From positions 1 through 17,420 of the forward strand of contig CBDCEW010000054.1 in the NCBI GenBank assembly GCA_965215885.1: a stretch of DNA of 17,420 nt, read 5' to 3'. Position numbers and translations under genes: made by a program. Within the stretch, counting starts at the first letter, position 1. Each line of letters opens with the position of its first letter. The stretch is from Candidatus Moanibacter sp. (lineage in GTDB: Bacteria; Verrucomicrobiota; Verrucomicrobiia; Opitutales; UBA2987). The notes below the pieces were generated by a model. It worked only from the letters and a program-made list of their open reading frames with translations. It did not search any database and was not told the DNA's origin. Shown here one piece after another: positions 16,183 to 17,420 of this stretch.

Positions 16183-17334
16183 TTAAGGTTTTTTCGGTCG
16201 CGGAATTGGACGGAGGGTTCGTTTCACGTGGGTGATATCTAAAACTTGGAAACCCGATATGCGATTCTGTTTGAACCAGGTGCTCCCTGGGCTTTCGAAT
16301 GAACGAGACGCAGGAAGGGCATATCGGACACCCACCACATCGTTGTCTGGTGATCGAGCGTGATATGACAGCACTAAATCGTCGTAGCCATCACGATCTA
16401 AGTCAATTACCTTCACCAATTTAATCGCATAATCAGTTTCGGATTCGGAAGATTTCCAAGTATCATTCCGGAAAGCTTCCTTTCCGTTGTTGATCCACGG
16501 TTCCCATAAATAACCGCCATCGACCCTTTTCTGAACGACGAAATCCGTAAGTCCATCATTATTGATATCTCCGAATTTCGTGTTGCCAAATTCCCCTTTG
16601 ATTTCGGCCCAAGAATTGCTCGTCACATCGAAAAAGCCGCCCGCCTTCGATTCGAAAACGCGAATCCGAGAAACATCCCCGCTTTGATCAATTACAATCA
16701 GATCGGCGCGGCCATCCCTGTTGGCGACATCCTCGACGGCTAGGAATTTCAGGTTGGAATCGACCGAGGTAGCCCATCTCTCCGGTTCTTTAAAGCTGGT
16801 CTTTTCTGATAGGAGCACTCGCCATTCCCAGCCGCCAGAAGGTAGGGGAATCTGGATGATCAGATCGGAAAGTTGGTCGGCATCTACGTCAGCAACATAT
16901 TTCGCAATTTTGCTACCGCCCGTATTATCGGTTTCCGAATACCAGGTTCTATCAGCCGAGGCCACAAATGTGTTGGAGTTAGATTTTCTTACTGAAAAGT
17001 TCCTTCGACCATTGTATATGTACTCGTTTACCAAATCTGCCCGCCGATCGCCGGTGACATCCGAAACTCCAACCGTCGTAACTTGCTTTGTTTCGGTTCC
17101 CGTCCTCGTCCATTGATCAGATTTCGTCCATCGTTTTAAGTCGGCGTCGTACGTGTGAGCTGTCCAAACCTTTCTCCACGAACGCGGAGGATCGCCACCA
17201 CGTGGGACCTGGTCGTAGGTAACAACTAGCTCGGGCACTTTTGCGTTGGTAACCATTGCCGAAAAATGGAAAACAGCGAGTAACGAGATAGAAGCGAGTA
17301 GGATGTTTGATTTGGATTCAGTTGGATATAACAT
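16183..17334 (-). CDS. Secreted FG-GAP/VCBS-repeat beta-propeller protein
   Basis: Hydrophobic N-terminus (ILLASISLLAVFHFSAMVTNA) and five Ca-binding-type motifs DVTGDRRADLV, DVDADQLSDLI, DVANRDGRADLI, DINNDGLTDFV, DLDRDGYDDLV. Start is uncertain (17334 or upstream). Confidence 0.8.
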   Translation of the reverse strand: MLYPTESKSNILLASISLLAVFHFSAMVTNAKVPELVVTYDQVPRGGDPPRSWRKVWTAHTYDADLKRWTKSDQWTRTGTETKQVTTVGVSDVTGDRRADLVNEYIYNGRRNFSVRKSNSNTFVASADRTWYSETDNTGGSKIAKYVADVDADQLSDLIIQIPLPSGGWEWRVLLSEKTSFKEPERWATSVDSNLKFLAVEDVANRDGRADLIVIDQSGDVSRIRVFESKAGGFFDVTSNSWAEIKGEFGNTKFGDINNDGLTDFVVQKRVDGGYLWEPWINNGKEAFRNDTWKSSESETDYAIKLVKVIDLDRDGYDDLVLSYHARSPDNDVVGVRYALPASRSFESPGSTWFKQNRISGFQVLDITHVKRTLRPIPRPKKP

Positions 17335-17420
17335 GGTTAAGACTCCAGGGCTAGGTATTACTATTGCTACAAAATTGATATAGAGCCGTGTCGTAGGCAA
17401 TTTTCTCGAAAAGAGCGATC

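Overview
Bacterial accessory region, GC-rich, with PVC-like repeat and gene content (taxonomy is inference only). The left half holds metabolic genes: two Asp-box/BNR sialidase-like proteins, a convergent NAD(P)-dependent beta-hydroxyacid dehydrogenase plus sugar-phosphate isomerase/epimerase pair (each with a single-base frameshift), an AlkD-like repair protein, threonine aldolase ltaE and an aldo/keto reductase. Most long intergenic gaps carry REP-like palindromes or MITE-like elements, several nested inside one another. The right half (and 5.4-6.0 kb) is a decaying array of small genes with attC-like sites and no integrase in the window. It contains several toxin-antitoxin relics in which the toxin is lost or broken and the antitoxin kept. 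One example is a RelE-type toxin split by a complete IS66 (8-bp TSD CAAAGATG) next to an intact HigA-like antitoxin. Two diverged ~199-bp GGGG...CCCC terminal-inverted-repeat elements bracket that module. An IS481 stub and a secreted FG-GAP-repeat protein close the window. No rRNA, tRNA or CRISPR array was found. Protein family calls come from motif recognition, not database searches.
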